Positions 14,327-31,746 of a stretch of 64,000 nt of DNA are shown one piece after another. Where the stretch lies: assembly GCF_009914755.1 (NCBI RefSeq), contig NC_060935.1; one strand, given 5' to 3'. The notes beneath the pieces were generated by a model that worked only from the letters and a program-made list of their open reading frames with translations, had not been told where the DNA came from and searched no databases. Every line of letters begins with the position of its first letter. Positions within the stretch are counted from its first letter, which is position 1. Source of the stretch: the human T2T-CHM13v2.0 reference genome, Homo sapiens. A program made the translations under genes and the position numbers.

Positions 14327-15349
14327 TCTTTTTGGTCAGGCAGGAGAGTCGGAGGGGACAAGAGAAGAGGACCACTTAGAAAGAAACATCACCACCACAT
14401 TCTTAGTCTCTATCTCCCATTCTTAGAAAAGGAATCCAAGGAGAGAGATTTGAACTTTGGTAGGAAGGTTTTTACCACTCACTGTGGGTCTATCTTCACA
14501 GTCCGAGTGATTATAACTCCCAAAGTGTAATATGAGACTCAACTGTAACTGCAGAATGAGAGCTGGATCTGCTGAAGAAAGGGGTACCAAAAATAATCCA
14601 AATGTCTTTTAGATCCTTAGGTCAGTCCCTTTTCTATATCTTTCCCTCTCCTGTCTCTGCTTCACTTGGTAAAACCTGGACCTCTTCCCTGAAGGGAATC
14701 CTGAGATGCAGAAGCCACAGTGGCTCTGCTCAGAGCTTCCACCTCTGGGTCCACACTGTCAGATTAAGTAGGTGAGCTCATGCTTTTCCAAGATCTCTTA
14801 GCTCAAGTGGCTGTACATTTAATAATTTTTTAAAGCTGACACTTATTGAGTGGTTACTATAAGAGGTTCTGTTTGAAGAGCCATGTAGCAATATTATTAT
14901 CTTCATTTTACAGATGAAACAAGTAAGATGACATAACTAGACAAAAGTCCCCAAACCACCTGCAGCCAGAAGGTGAATTTCGGCAGTATGGCTCAAATGG
15001 CTTGCACTTGAAATCACCATGTTACATAAGTGACCAGCATCGGGGCAGGCACTCACCTTCCTTCCCTTTAGAGCCATAAATGCTATACTCTACTGCCTCT
15101 TTTTCACATTCTGGGGAGGAAGATGACCCTAGTGAAGACAAGATGACAGATCTGAGCTCAAAGCCCTCTCTTCCCAGTACAGGTCAAAGGATCAGAACCT
15201 CTAATGTATCTCATAACACTTCCTGCACTGAAGGACATGACTTCCAATTGTTCATTTGCCCAAAGGCCTCTCCAGCTTCCAGGAAGGAGACAAAGCTTTT
15301 TCCTGACCAGTGAATAACAAAAGACTAAAGAGTTTTATTCTGGATTACA

Positions 15350-15425
15350 GACCTCAATGATCTGGCCATTAAGATAGAGACTCCCTCAAGACCACTTGCT
15401 TAGCAATTAGTTTCCCTAGAGAAGA
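15350..15425 (-). promoter_or_regulatory. Candidate OR8B12 promoter with adjacent homeodomain and O/E (EBF) sites
   Basis: caatta (15404-15409) lies 3 bp from tccctagaga (15413-15422). A strong minus-strand donor G|GTGAGT at 15057/15056 lies downstream. Confidence 0.45.
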
Positions 15426-16429
15426 AGAAATGTTTGTTTATCTCTTGGAATTGCTTGATTTGGCTTTCTACTAACATGTATCCTGTACTATTAAGAGAAA
15501 ATCATTGTGAAAAAAATGATTGTCATTACCATTTCTTGAATACCCAATAATTTAGTACCTGACATAGTACCCTTATTCCAGCTGCCAAGATCCAGAGTAC
15601 ACATATACAAACATATCTTTATTTATTTCTCACAATACCTATTTTACAGGTAAGTTGCTCACAGAGACAAGATGTTTCAGAGTCCACAGGTATGCTTAGG
15701 TCTGTCTGACTCCAAGCCCCTTATGTAGCTGCTAGACTAAACTACCTCCCAAGGACAGCTACTGAAATCCATAAAGCAGAGCCCTTGCCTTCTTGGATCT
15801 GACAGTCTCTTGGAAAATAACAAGTAAATATTCAATGAATTTAAGTTTTAAAAGGAAGCAATTAGAGCCTGGAAAGGTTAACACAAAGGGCTATTGTAAT
15901 TTAGAATAGGCTATTCAATAATTTATTCATATTCCACTCACCTCAGGAATTAATTGCACTACTCTAGTCCCAGCTCAGACAAGAACATACTTCTCTCGTT
16001 CCCCTCCCCTGTCCTCTCATGGAGTGTATGTTTAATGGTAACAAGAATCCCTATCAGGTAACTGCTCTCAATGTCTACCAAGACCAGCCTTTCTCTAAAT
16101 TAATAACTAGTCAAAATTCCCTCTGGCTGTCCCTGCCTTCCACCCACTTTTCTTTGAGCACTTCTCCCAACTGACTTTCCATCTGTTCAGTGCCCTCAAA
16201 CTGAGTCCTAGTAGACCAGACTCCCACTGCAGGAACACATCCACATTTGTTCTTCCTCTTTGGTTTGCATTTGTCTTTTTCTGTCTTTTACTCCATACCT
16301 CCAAGCTCTGCCTGGATTAAAATCGTCTATCCTATGTCTCTGTCTCTAAGATATTTACTTATTTTCTTTAACATCAAACCAACAAACTCATAAAATTTTA
16401 GACCCGAAAAGACTTGAGAGAGTATCTCA

Positions 16430-16600
16430 TCCAGTGTTTCCCAAACCTAGCTGGTTATCACAATTATCTAAAATATTCATTAAAAAGAAATGCTGGGCTC
16501 CAACCATACCTTTGGAATCAGAATCTCCATAGATATGGATATGGTGGCTGTGTTTTTTTAAAATCTTCCCAAGCATTTCCAATGCCAGGAACTGATAGAT
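16430..16600. mobile_element. MER5-type hAT-Charlie DNA transposon remnant
   Basis: ccagtgtttcccaaac...gaatcagaatctc... Confidence 0.6.
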
Positions 16601-19174
16601 TCACAGAACTATTATTTGCCCTCATCTTACAGGCAAAGACCTCTAAAAAGTTCAAAGAAGTAAAGCCATTCACCCAAGGTCACAGATCTCTTCTAAGTCT
16701 CCGCATTTCCAATCTCTCCTCATCCATTAACTCACCTGACCTTCATTTTGGCTGGAATGTAAAACACAAATAATGGAAACATAAGTTATGAGACTTTTTA
16801 TTTCAAGTGTGATGGTATAGCTATTATTGCACTTACCCCTCTGACCACAAAAAAAAAGAAAGAAAAAAAAAGGCTGGAAAAAGTGTATAAAGCAACTATT
16901 TGCAATACTTGGAAAGTAGACAACACAGGGATGAAATTCTTGAGAAAAGGCAAAAAAACAAGGTAACTAACACATTCACCCCAACTTTCTCTAAGGCCAG
17001 TTTCTAAACGATGCATAGTAAAGTGATGCCCCAACAAATGGCAGCAGCTTCTACTAGTGGAATGAAAAAGTGTAAGGAGGCTAAGACAGCTGGAATGTGT
17101 GGGGCAAGGAATGGAGAATAAAAAGCCAAAAAAAAAAAAAGGACCCTCAGGTACCTGCACAAAGGACTCCCTTAAGTTCTTGGCTGAATCCTAAATTTTA
17201 TATCTGGAGGGCAAGGTTCTACCGGCTTAGGAGACAACAGCTGCTGGGGGCTAAGAACTGAACAGAGATCACAGAGGATCCACAGTGCCTGATATAAATT
17301 AGAATTCTGACCTACTGAAAATGGAGAGGCCTTGGTCAGCAAACCAGGCTTTAAGTGAGACCCCTGAAAAGTCATACACTAAGAGTAAATACTATTCCTT
17401 TGTGCTAAGGGCAAAACTGAATCATAACAAAGGCTAAATCCAGGTCTTAACATGATCAGAGGGAACTACTAGTAAATTAACTACATCCCAGAACAAAATT
17501 TAACACTCTGTAACAAAGGCCAACATAATCCACTGTCTCTAAAACATATCCACAGTGTCCAATATCATAAAGTCAAAAATTACTGGAAACACAAAGAAGC
17601 AAGAAAATGTGACCCAAAGTCAAGATGGAAAAATATATTAGAAGCAGGTCCACATCTGAACTAGATGTTGAAATTAACAGACAAGGACTTTAAAATAACT
17701 TCTATAATTATTTTTAAAATATTAGATAAAAGGACAGAATTGGCTAATATGTGGTAAATTCCAACAAAGCAATAGAAACAATCAAGATAACCAAATGAAA
17801 ATTTCAAAACTAAAAAATATTGGAAATAAAAATTCACCAGATTAGCTTAATAGCAGATCAGGCACAGTCAAAGGAAAGATCAGTATAAGCAAAGACAAAT
17901 CGATAGAAATTATCTGTACTAAAATACGGACAGGCAAAAAGTAATATTAAAAAAGAACATGGTAACTAAAACATTTAGTGCAATGCTAAATAGTCCAACA
18001 TATGTATATTTAGAGTTCCAAAAGGTGAGTCAAGGGAGAATTGGGTAGAAATAATTTTTTAAGAGATAATAGCTGAAATTTTTCCAAGTTTAATAAAATT
18101 TATGAATCTATAGACCCAAAAAGTTCAGGAAACCACAAACAAGATGAATATAAAATATACCACACCTAGGCATATTATACATAGTCAAACTGTTGAAAAC
18201 CAATAACAAAAACAAAGCAGCTTAAAAGCAATCAGAGATAAAAGATGTATTGCATTCAAAGAAGCAAAAATAATAATAATTGACTTGTAATAAAAGAAAT
18301 AGAAGTCAGAAGACAATGACATGACCTTTAAAATACTGAAAGGAAAAAAATTGTCAACCTAGTATTGGCAAAAATATCCTGGCTAAAATATTCTTCAAAA
18401 AAATAAAGGAATTTTCAGACAAAAGGTGAAAGAATATGTCACCAATAAGCCTACACTGCAAAAAAGCTGAGAAAGAGAGAGAGGGAAATGGTCCCAGAGG
18501 AAGGCTTAGATCTGCAGGAAGAAATGTGAAACACTGAAAATAGGAAATATATGGGTAAATATAAAAGGCCATTTTAAAATTTTCCTTAAATTTAAATTAC
18601 TTTGACCATTTAAAGCAACAGAAAACAATTTATGGTAGATTTAAAATATGTGTAGAAGTAAAATATATAAAATGCCAATAACACAATAAAACATAATACG
18701 GTAATACAAATAATGCAATAAAAATAACAGAGAGAGATATAGTTAAAATTCCAACAAAAGACCTAAAATGAAATATTTTTAAAAATTTAAATGACCCAAG
18801 AGGAACAAACTTAAATTAATATTTTAAAAATCAATCATTATCCACCACATTAATAGAATAAAACAGTAAAATTATATAATCATCTCAATGCAGAAAGAGT
18901 ATTTGATAAAAGGCAACACTTATTCATGATAAGAATTCTCAGCAATGTAGGAATAGGAAGGAGTATCCTAAATCTGATAAAAGACATCCGTGAAAAACCT
19001 ACAGCTAAAAACCTACATCATATTCAGTCGTGAAATACTGATTGTTTTTATTGTGAGGTCAATAATAAGTCTAAAATGTCCGCTCTCATAAGTTTTATTC
19101 AACATTTTATCGGAAGTCCTAGCCCACTTAATAGGGGTAAACGTTGAGCTTCTCAACAGTCTCAAAAAGAACAA

Positions 19175-19431
19175 GTCGGGCACGGTGGCTCACACCTGTA
19201 ATCCTAGCACTTTCAGAGGCCGAAGTGGGCAGATCCCATGAACCCAGGAGTTTGAGACCAGCCTGGGCAACAGCTACACAGGAGGCTAAGGTGGGAGAAC
19301 CACCGGAGCCCAGGGAGGGTGAGGCTGCAGTAAGCCATGATCACGCCACTGCACTCCAGCCTGGGTGACAGAGTGAGACTCTGTCTCAAAAAAAAAAGGA
19401 AAACCAAAAAAAAAAAAAAAAAAAAAAAAAA
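19175..19431 (+). mobile_element. Alu (J-type) with internal deletion
   Basis: Left and right arms fused at gggcaacagctac; long A tail. Confidence 0.9.
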
Positions 19432-20696
19432 CAAGGACAACGTAATTTAGTCTCTACCATGTATCAGTCAGAATATCAAGCATATAATGAAAAATTATTC
19501 TTGACTGCCTCTCCCTCCACCACCTTGCTGAACACTGCACCTGACCTTCCAGCTGCTCAGTGTTCTCAAACTAAATCCTCCCCCATAAGATTGCCAGTGT
19601 CAGTTTGCTGTCTCTGATTTGTTTGCATAACAGGACTAAAATGGAAATGCAAGATATAAAATCATCTTAATTTACACATGACTTGAATATACCTAGTAAT
19701 CAAAGTAAGCCTATAAACAGGCTATTAGAACTTAAAAGTGAATTTAATAAAGTCATGGAATACAAGGTTAATGTATAAAAATTAACTGCATTTGTACAAA
19801 CTAGCAAAAAATTACAAAATGAAATTTTTCCAATAACATTGACACTAGCAACAAAAATTGATATACTTAGAAATTTATTTAACAAAATTTTTGTATACCT
19901 CTATATTGAAAACTCTAACATATAACTGAATAATATTTAGAAAATCTACATATATGAAAAAATATATCATATTCATGGATTGAAAAACTAAATATTGTTA
20001 AATTGTTACATCTACCTAAATTAATCAGCAGATTCAATTCAATACCAGTTAAAATGCCAGCAGACATGTTGACAGAAATTGACAAAATAATTCTAAAAAT
20101 TATATGAAAATGCAAAGGACCTAGAATAGCCAAAACAACTTTGAAAAAGAAGAAAGTTGGAGAACTTACACTATTTGACTCCAAGAATTATATAAGTTTC
20201 AGAAATTAAAACAGTTTAGTAGAGAAGTAAAGACAGGCAAATAGATTAATAGAGCAGAGCACAGCACCCACAAACAGACCCACTTATAGGGTCAATTGAT
20301 TTTTTTTTTTACAAAAGTGCTAAAGCAATTCAACAAGAGAAAAAAAATTTGATGAATGATTCTGGAACAACTAAATAGCAATATATAAACAAAAATGATC
20401 TTTTAACCCCTATCTTATTCTATACATATTTAATTCATGATGGATCAGAGACTTAAATATAAAATCTAAGCCTACGAACATCTAGAAGAAAATCAGACCT
20501 TAGAATAAGACCTGTTCTCAAGACCTTAGAATAGGATTTCTTGACCATAAAAGACAATAACCATAAAAGAAAAAAATAATAATCCAATGTGATTAAAATT
20601 CTAAACTTCTGCTTTTTAAAATACAACATTAAGAAAATGTAAAGGCAAACTACAGGGAGAAAATAGTCACAGTATATGTATCTGTCAAAAGACTCA

Positions 20697-21020
<324 letters not shown>

Positions 21021-21699
21021 TTATTGAAATACTAAAAACTTTTGATGGGACAAAGATTGAAACAGACATTTCAGAAGATACCTCAAATGGCCAATTAGCA
21101 TACGGGAAGTTGCTCCAAGCATTATTTATTAGAAAAATGCAAATTAAAATCACAATAAGCTGTCACCACATACCCATCACAGTAGCTAAAATTAAAAAGA
21201 CTGACAGGACCAAATGTTGGCAAGAATATGGGGCAAATAAAACACTCTTATATCACTAGTAGAAATGTAAAGTGGTACAACCATGTGTAAAAGTTGCACT
21301 ATCTAATAAAACGAAACAAATACCCTGGACCCAGCAATTTCACTTCTATGTATATACCCCAAAAGTCAATGCATATTTCCACAAAAAAAAAATCTCAAAC
21401 ACAAATATTTATGGCAGCTTTATTCCTAACAGCCAAAAAGTAGTCATGACCCAAATAAGCATCAACAGAAGAATACAGAAATAAGCCATGGTATAATCAC
21501 TAAATGGAATACAACTCAGCAATAAAAAAAAAAAAAGAGCAGACTATTGATATGTGCAGCAACCTGGGAGAAATCTTGAAAAGAAATAATGGATTTGTCT
21601 GGAAAAGTATGCTAGGAACACACTGAGGTTAACCTACAATGCTATAATTAACCACAATTTACTAGCCAGTAGGTAACCTCCAATAGTCATTGAGTAAGA

Positions 21700-21985
21700 G
21701 AATGACATTCATTAATTCATTCAACAAATATTGAGAAACTGTGTCAGACACTGTTCTAGGGGCTACAGATAAAGCCCTAACCAAAACAAGTCTCTGCCCT
21801 CACTGAGCTTGTATTCTAATAGGAGGAAGACAGACCATAAATAACTTATGTAATATATTAGATGATAATAAGAGCAATAAAAAAGCAAGGAAAGTGAATA
21901 CAAAGGGCGAGTTGTAAGTTATGCATTGAAATAGGATGGTAGGGTTAGGCGTCTTTGGAGAGTGACATTTAAGCAGTCTTGAAAG
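21700..21985 (-). mobile_element. L2 3' end
   Basis: cattcattaattcattcaacaaatattgag...gagagtgacatttaagcag is the typical L2 tail in reverse. Confidence 0.7.
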
Positions 21986-22549
21986 ACTGTGATCAGAGTT
22001 GTGCTGGTCAATAGCAGTTACTCTAGTGACCACCGGGTGAATGTTGCTTAGCGTATCGCAATGCATCATTGCTTCATGCTTCTGACAATAGCTCTACCTA
22101 TAGCACTGGCTTGAATGAATGAATATTGGACATTGTGACAAGTTAGAGAAGCAAAAGACCTTTCCGAGCTTTTTACAAAATCACAAGTTATGCAATGAAG
22201 TTCACTGCCTGCACACATTGTTGGTCTTTAAACAACCAGCACTAGCTGCTCTAAATTCCCTTAGTTTTCACATTCATTCTCAGGAAGGGATCTGATAAAG
22301 TCATTTCTATAGGGACAGAGTGAGCTGCTGAATAGCCACCTACACTCCAAATCCTTTCACAGGGCCATTTACAATGCTTTTAGCCAAAAAGGAAAGAAAC
22401 TTGTTTGGAGAAACTCAAACCTCATTGAGCAAGTAGGTAAGCTATGTTTTTGATCATGATTTCTCTTAAGAAGTTTATGAAATCATACCATAAAGGTATG
22501 ACTCCTTGTCAAGTCCATCTTCAATCATGGCACTAATCACTTCACATTT

Positions 22550-22930
22550 ATATGTGTGCACACATCAGCATCTGTTTGCTTATCAACCTCTGGGAGATTT
22601 TTTCAACCAGTATTCCACAGTAATGGTGCCTCATCTGTAGATTTACACTTACAATTTTGCTGTGTCCTACAGTGTCTCTAATGAGTCCCAATGCCTGATC
22701 TTTATGCCACTACACATAAGTTACAAATGGAGAAAAACAATTAACTATCATAAACTCTCTTGGGGACCCAAAGGCAGAGAAAACTTTAGGGGTTCATTAA
22801 AAGCTGGCTTTTCTCTAGGAGCCTTAGAAGTTTCTTGTCTGGATGATGCAACACTAGGGAATGTTTCTACGGGTTGATGTCATTTCAGAGACCATTGCCA
22901 TGAAAACTTTATTTCAAATGCATTTCAATC
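22550..22930. promoter_or_regulatory. Non-repeat element with a paralogue at ~61995-62400; O/E-like and homeodomain motifs; candidate OR regulatory element
   Basis: ttcttgtctggatgatgcaacactaggg...gttgatgtcatttcagagaccattgccatg...atttcaaatgcat matches 62304-62395. Confidence 0.5.
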
Positions 22931-23160
22931 ATGGCTTTTCCAAAGTCAGAGTTACTGACGACTTGCTTCAGCACAAGCAGAAAACAGCATAGAAAGAAAC
23001 ACTTTTGACTACGTTCATTTTGGTACTGTTGGTTCTTCCTCTATTCCTCTCCCCTCGCATTTCACCTTTTTCAGGGTCCCATGCACTTCCTTTTCTTCTT
23101 TAAGGTTTGGTGAGCTCATCTAATCAACCAGCTCCTCTATATGGAGGCTCCCAAATTTGT

Positions 23161-26327
<3,167 letters not shown>

Positions 26328-26349
26328 TAACTTTAGCTTTCATGTTTCT

Positions 26350-26858
26350 TTTTTATATATATACTTTAAGTTCTGGGATACATGTGCAGAACGTGCAGGT
26401 TTGTTACATAAGTAGACATGTGCCATGGCGGTTTGCTGCATTCATCAACCCGTCATCTAGGTTTTAAGTGCCGCATGCATTAGGTATTTGTCCTAATGCT
26501 CTCCCTCCCCTTGCCCCTCAACCCCCAACAGCCCCCAGTGTGTGATGTTCCCCTCCCTGTGCCCATGTGTTCTCATTGTTCAACTCTCACTTATGAGTGA
26601 GAATATGTGGTGTTTGGTTTTCTGTTCCTGTGTTAGTTTGCTGAGAATGATAGTTTCCATCTTCATCCATGTCCCTGCAAAGGACATGAACTCATTCTTT
26701 TTGATGGCTGCATAGTATTCCATGGTGTTTATGTGCCACAGATATATAGACCAATGGAACAGAACAGAGGCCTCAAAAATAACGCCACACATCTACAACC
26801 ATCTGATCTTCGACAAACCTGACAAAAACAAGCAATGGGGAAATGATTCCCTATTTAA
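26350..26858 (-). mobile_element. Older L1PA 3' end with an inverted internal fragment (inversion at ~26738)
   Basis: Minus-strand 3'UTR/ORF2 end, then plus-strand YIDQWNRTE...[10 protein letters not shown] segment. Degenerate 16-bp TSD tagctttc(atg/gta)tttct at 26334-26349 and 26859-26874. Confidence 0.85.
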
Positions 26859-27027
26859 TAGCTTTCGTATTTCTATTAAGCCCATAAACTGGTATCCAAT
26901 CACTTTACTATAGGCTGTCTAGTGCTCATTACAAATACTAACTTGAAAGCTGAGCTCATGTTCTCTTCTGCGAAAGCACTATTTAAGTGGGTATAACCAC
27001 TGGAAAGGAACTACAGTATAGTATCAA

Positions 27028-27155
27028 TAAGGTGACCAACTGTCAATTTGCCTGGAATACTCCCAGTTTTTGCCTGTTGTTTCAGCAAAACTATTAATAG
27101 CACCTTCTTTCTGTCTCAGATATATTCTAATGAATGATAAATTATGGTCTCCCTA
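27028..27155. mobile_element. hAT-Blackjack MITE (MER81/MER94-like)
   Basis: aaggtgaccaactgtc...ggtctcccta terminal inverted repeats. Confidence 0.55.
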
Positions 27156-28912
27156 AGTATTCAGAACTGAACTTTGGAATTAGATGAACCTCAGCACAAA
27201 TCCTGGCTCTACCTCTTATTAGATGTGTGACCTTAGGAAGTGTTTAACCTCTCTCTGAACTGCAAGTCCCTAATCTTAAAATGAATATAATAACCAACCT
27301 CAAATGATTATCGTAATGAATAAGTGGTGCTGATTACAGCACTTAGAAGACATAAAATGAAGTAGTTTAAATAATATTAGCATTCAAAATTATTTATTTT
27401 AATAACAGTGGTGTCTTATGTAGCTAGTGGTGTTTGAATAGGCTGAAACAGAGAGAACAGCAGGCAGGGAGATCAGCTAGAAGACTTTCCACAAGCAGTA
27501 AATCCAGAAAGAGATGAACAGTATAGGAGACGTGGTAATTGGATAATTAACATGATTTGATGTCTCAATTTTTACAGGAGAGAATGATGGAAAGAGGCAC
27601 AAATCAAATTTGACTAAGATTTTAAGCCCAGGGAGTCAGGAATAGGATGACATAAATGAAGGATCAAAGGGTGACGAGGGTAATGAACTCAATTTTAGAC
27701 AAGGCTACAGAATGCTGGCAGAACCTTTAAAAGGCAAAGATCAGAAAGAAGTCAGCAATAAAAGATCACAACTTGGGAGAAAAGAGGTAGAAATGAAAGC
27801 TGGAGAATTATAAAAACAGAGAGGATCACAAAAAGCAGAGGAATGGTGAATTCCTCCAAACAAGTGTTTAAAGAGAAAATAATTGCAATCTAAGGACTTA
27901 AAGTTTCCTCAAAAATGCCCACAAATGGGAAAAGGAAGTTGACCAACAGAAGTGTTTAAAAGGCATAGGTAGCATTCAAGAACAGGCTTTGGAGTCAAAC
28001 AGCCCTGGAATTAAATCCCTACTCTTTTACTCATTAATTGTGTGAACTTGCAAAAGTTGCTTAACACTCTCTAAACTCGATGTTGCCATCTGAAAAACAG
28101 GAAACACAATAAGAAACTTGAAGGTATTCGTGAAGATATATGTGGCATTAGTCAATATTCAACTTAGAAAATAATTGTGGAATAAATGAGAATTTCACTG
28201 ATGCCAAAAGAGAAGCATATTTCAAGGGTGAGGAATAGTTATATTCCTGAGCAGTCAAGAGGAAGAACTGAAAATAACTTTGAATTCGATCATTCTCTTG
28301 CCCTCCTGTTCACTCATTTTTACATTAATCTCCACATGTGCTTAGTCTAAAAGAGCCTTCTACTATTAATTGATTATTTCAAGACTCTATATTCTAGATA
28401 AAAATCTTCTTTCAGGAAAAATCGATATTCTATAACTTTTGTGTACACTAACACATTCAGTATCTGATACAGTAATGAACACATTATAGGTGCTCCTTTA
28501 AAATATTATTGAATATAACAGACTTTCATATGAATACACTTCAATAAAAATCCATATTGCAAACCCGTAAATTCAGGGATGGTCTATTATTTTCTGAAGT
28601 AATACATTAGCAGTTCCTGTAGTCATTTGGTGACCCTCCTTAGCTACCCTGCTCCATGCCAAAAAAAAAGAGAGACAGAAAGAACTAGTTTTAAAAAATT
28701 AATTTGTGGCCTTTAATATGCTAGTATTGGTGTTTTATTGACAATTATGCCAGAAAATGTATGCCTACTGAGTGAGACTTCCAAAGTCAAGGTATTTGTA
28801 GAAGAAACTACACAAAAACTTACCACAAAGGCAGTAGAAAGAATTTTATTTACAGAGCAGTCCCAAGTAGGCACCACAAACCTCTTCAAAATAAAATTCT
28901 TAAACATCACAT

Positions 28913-29203
28913 TGCCGGGCGCGGGGGCTCACGCCTGTGATCCCAGCACTTTGGGAGGCCAAGGCAGGCAGATCACCTGAAGTCAGGAGTTCGAGCCCAA
29001 CCTGGCCAATATGGTGAACCCCCATCTCTACTAAAAATATAAAAATTCGCCGGATGTGATGGCGTGTGCCTATAATCGCAGCTACTCAGGAAGCTGAGGC
29101 AGGAGAATCGCTTGAACCCAGGAGATGAAGACCACAGTAAACCGAGATTATGTCACTATACTCCAGCCTGGGCAACAGAGTGAGACTCTGCCTCAAAAAA
29201 AAA
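28913..29203 (+). mobile_element. Alu (S-type)
   Basis: Full dimer and A tail; imperfect TSD ending in acatt. Confidence 0.95.
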
Positions 29204-30186
29204 ATTACATTTCAGGAACACATGTATTATTTCATAAAGCAAAATCTGCCTGTACAATACTATAAAATCTAAAATTTCCCAAGGGTGAAAAACAAATCAA
29301 GATATGTGATGGATTAAAATAAAGAGCAGATTAAGCAGGGATGATCTACAAGTGCAAGGTATGTGGTTTAATAGGTAGAAGACGGGAGGTGATTCCAAGT
29401 TTAATGGAGAATCTCCATGGACAAGAAAATTAAAAGAAAAATGTCTTAGATAAGCAGAAAACAAGGATTGAAAGGACTTTCCCCAGTTTACAAAGACCTT
29501 TACTGAGAAAGAAAGCCACAGATTTTCTTGGTAAGGTGTTCCAGAATTTCACAAAACCTGCTCTCAGGAACTTTGATCGCTAGCTTAAATCAAGAAGAAA
29601 TATGTTATTGTGGAAGGAGCGGAGTCTAAAGATTTGGCCCTTATTGCATTGTCTTGAACAAGACATTAAGTTCTCTTTGCCTGGCATTTCTCCCTCTGTA
29701 GAACAGCAATAATTAAACCTGACTTATCTATTAACAATGTCATGATGTCATTGAATAAATCAAATAAGATGTCTTTAAACCCAGTGAAAACTTTTCAGTA
29801 CTGTTTTACTTGATGCTGTTGATAGCTAACTTCTTCATGAACTATTCATATCCCTTCACTTTCAAGGCCCATGAACTTTCTGATTTTGCTCCAATTTCTG
29901 GCTACTTCCTTTCACTCTCCTTCTCCTTCAAGTCTTCTTCTTCATCTGCCTATAAGTGCTGATGACCCACAGATCCTCAGCCTTCTTCCTCTCATCCTAA
30001 ATACTTTCTCTGAAAGATCTTATCTACACCCACACCTTGAATGCTTTGGTCTGTTGAAAATAATATCTGTATTTCTAGGCTAGAATTTTTTACCTGAAAT
30101 AGCAAAAACCTACTAGACATCTCCACCTGAATGTCCCGTGGACACTTAAAACTCAACACATTGAAAGCTTATTTTATTATCTTCCC

Positions 30187-30519
30187 TGTATTAATCAGTT
30201 CTCACGCTGCTATGAAGAAATACCTGAGATGTGGTAATTTATAAAGAAAAGAGGTTTAATTGTCTCACAGTTCTGCATGGCTGGGGAAGCCTCAGGAACC
30301 TTACAATCATGGCCGAAGGCACCTCTTCACAGGGCAGAAGGAGCGAGAATGAGTGCCAGCAGGGGAAATGCAACTCACTCACTATACGAGAACGGAATGG
30401 GGGAAAACTGCCCCCGGGGTTCAATTACCTCCCACCGGGTCCCTCCTACAACACGTGGGGATTATGGTATTACAATTCAAGATGAGATTTGGGAGGGGAC
30501 ACAAAGCCAAACCATATCA
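30187..30519 (-). mobile_element. THE1-type MaLR solo LTR (THE1C-like)
   Basis: tgtattaatcagttctcacgctgctatgaagaaatacc...gccaaaccatatca. Confidence 0.85.
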
Positions 30520-30696
30520 TTCTTTCTAAAATTTCTCTTTTTTTCCCCATGTTACCCTGTGTCAAAATATGGCACCATTTTCCTAGTTTGTCAATCCCCT
30601 TCATCAATATTTAAAATATGTTATTTTCATCTGTTTTAAATATTCTTTAAATTTATATATTTATGTATTTATTCTTAGAGAGAATAAATAAATAAG

Positions 30697-31100
<404 letters not shown>

Positions 31101-31746
31101 TAATGATACATACTGGTTGCCTAAAAATCAATTTGCTGAAAGATAACTAACCAAAAAGTCAATTTACTGAAAGCCAATTCACTGAACACTCAATTTGTAA
31201 AACGACCAGTTTGCTAAATTTAGTTTTACTTTCAAGTTTTTTTGTAAGAAGTATGTGCTTACTTCATAAAACTACAAAACATAAGTAAACATAAAGCAGA
31301 AAATTTAAATAACTCATATTTCCACAATGCATAATCAGCTAACATTTAAATGTATATTTCTCCATACATTTTCTGCATTCATTTAATTCACATAGTATTG
31401 TTTTTAAGAAAAGTAGATCATATTGTATATAATATTTTTAAGTTTTTTATTTAAAAAATATTATTAACATTTTCATATAAATAAATACAATTAAACATCA
31501 TTCTTAATGGGCGTATGGTATTCCTTTGACAGGAGACCCATAATTAAATCTGGCAATTCCTCTTTGACAATTTCTATGTCCAATTTTTCACTATGATAAA
31601 CAATGCTGAGAAGAATGTGCATTTTTTGCAAACATAACATTATTTTCTTAGGATAAACTCCTAAAGTGCAGTTGTTGTATCTACAGACTTGCTCTTTATT
31701 ACATTCTTTTATACATGCTGCTGAACTATACATACATAAGGGTTTG

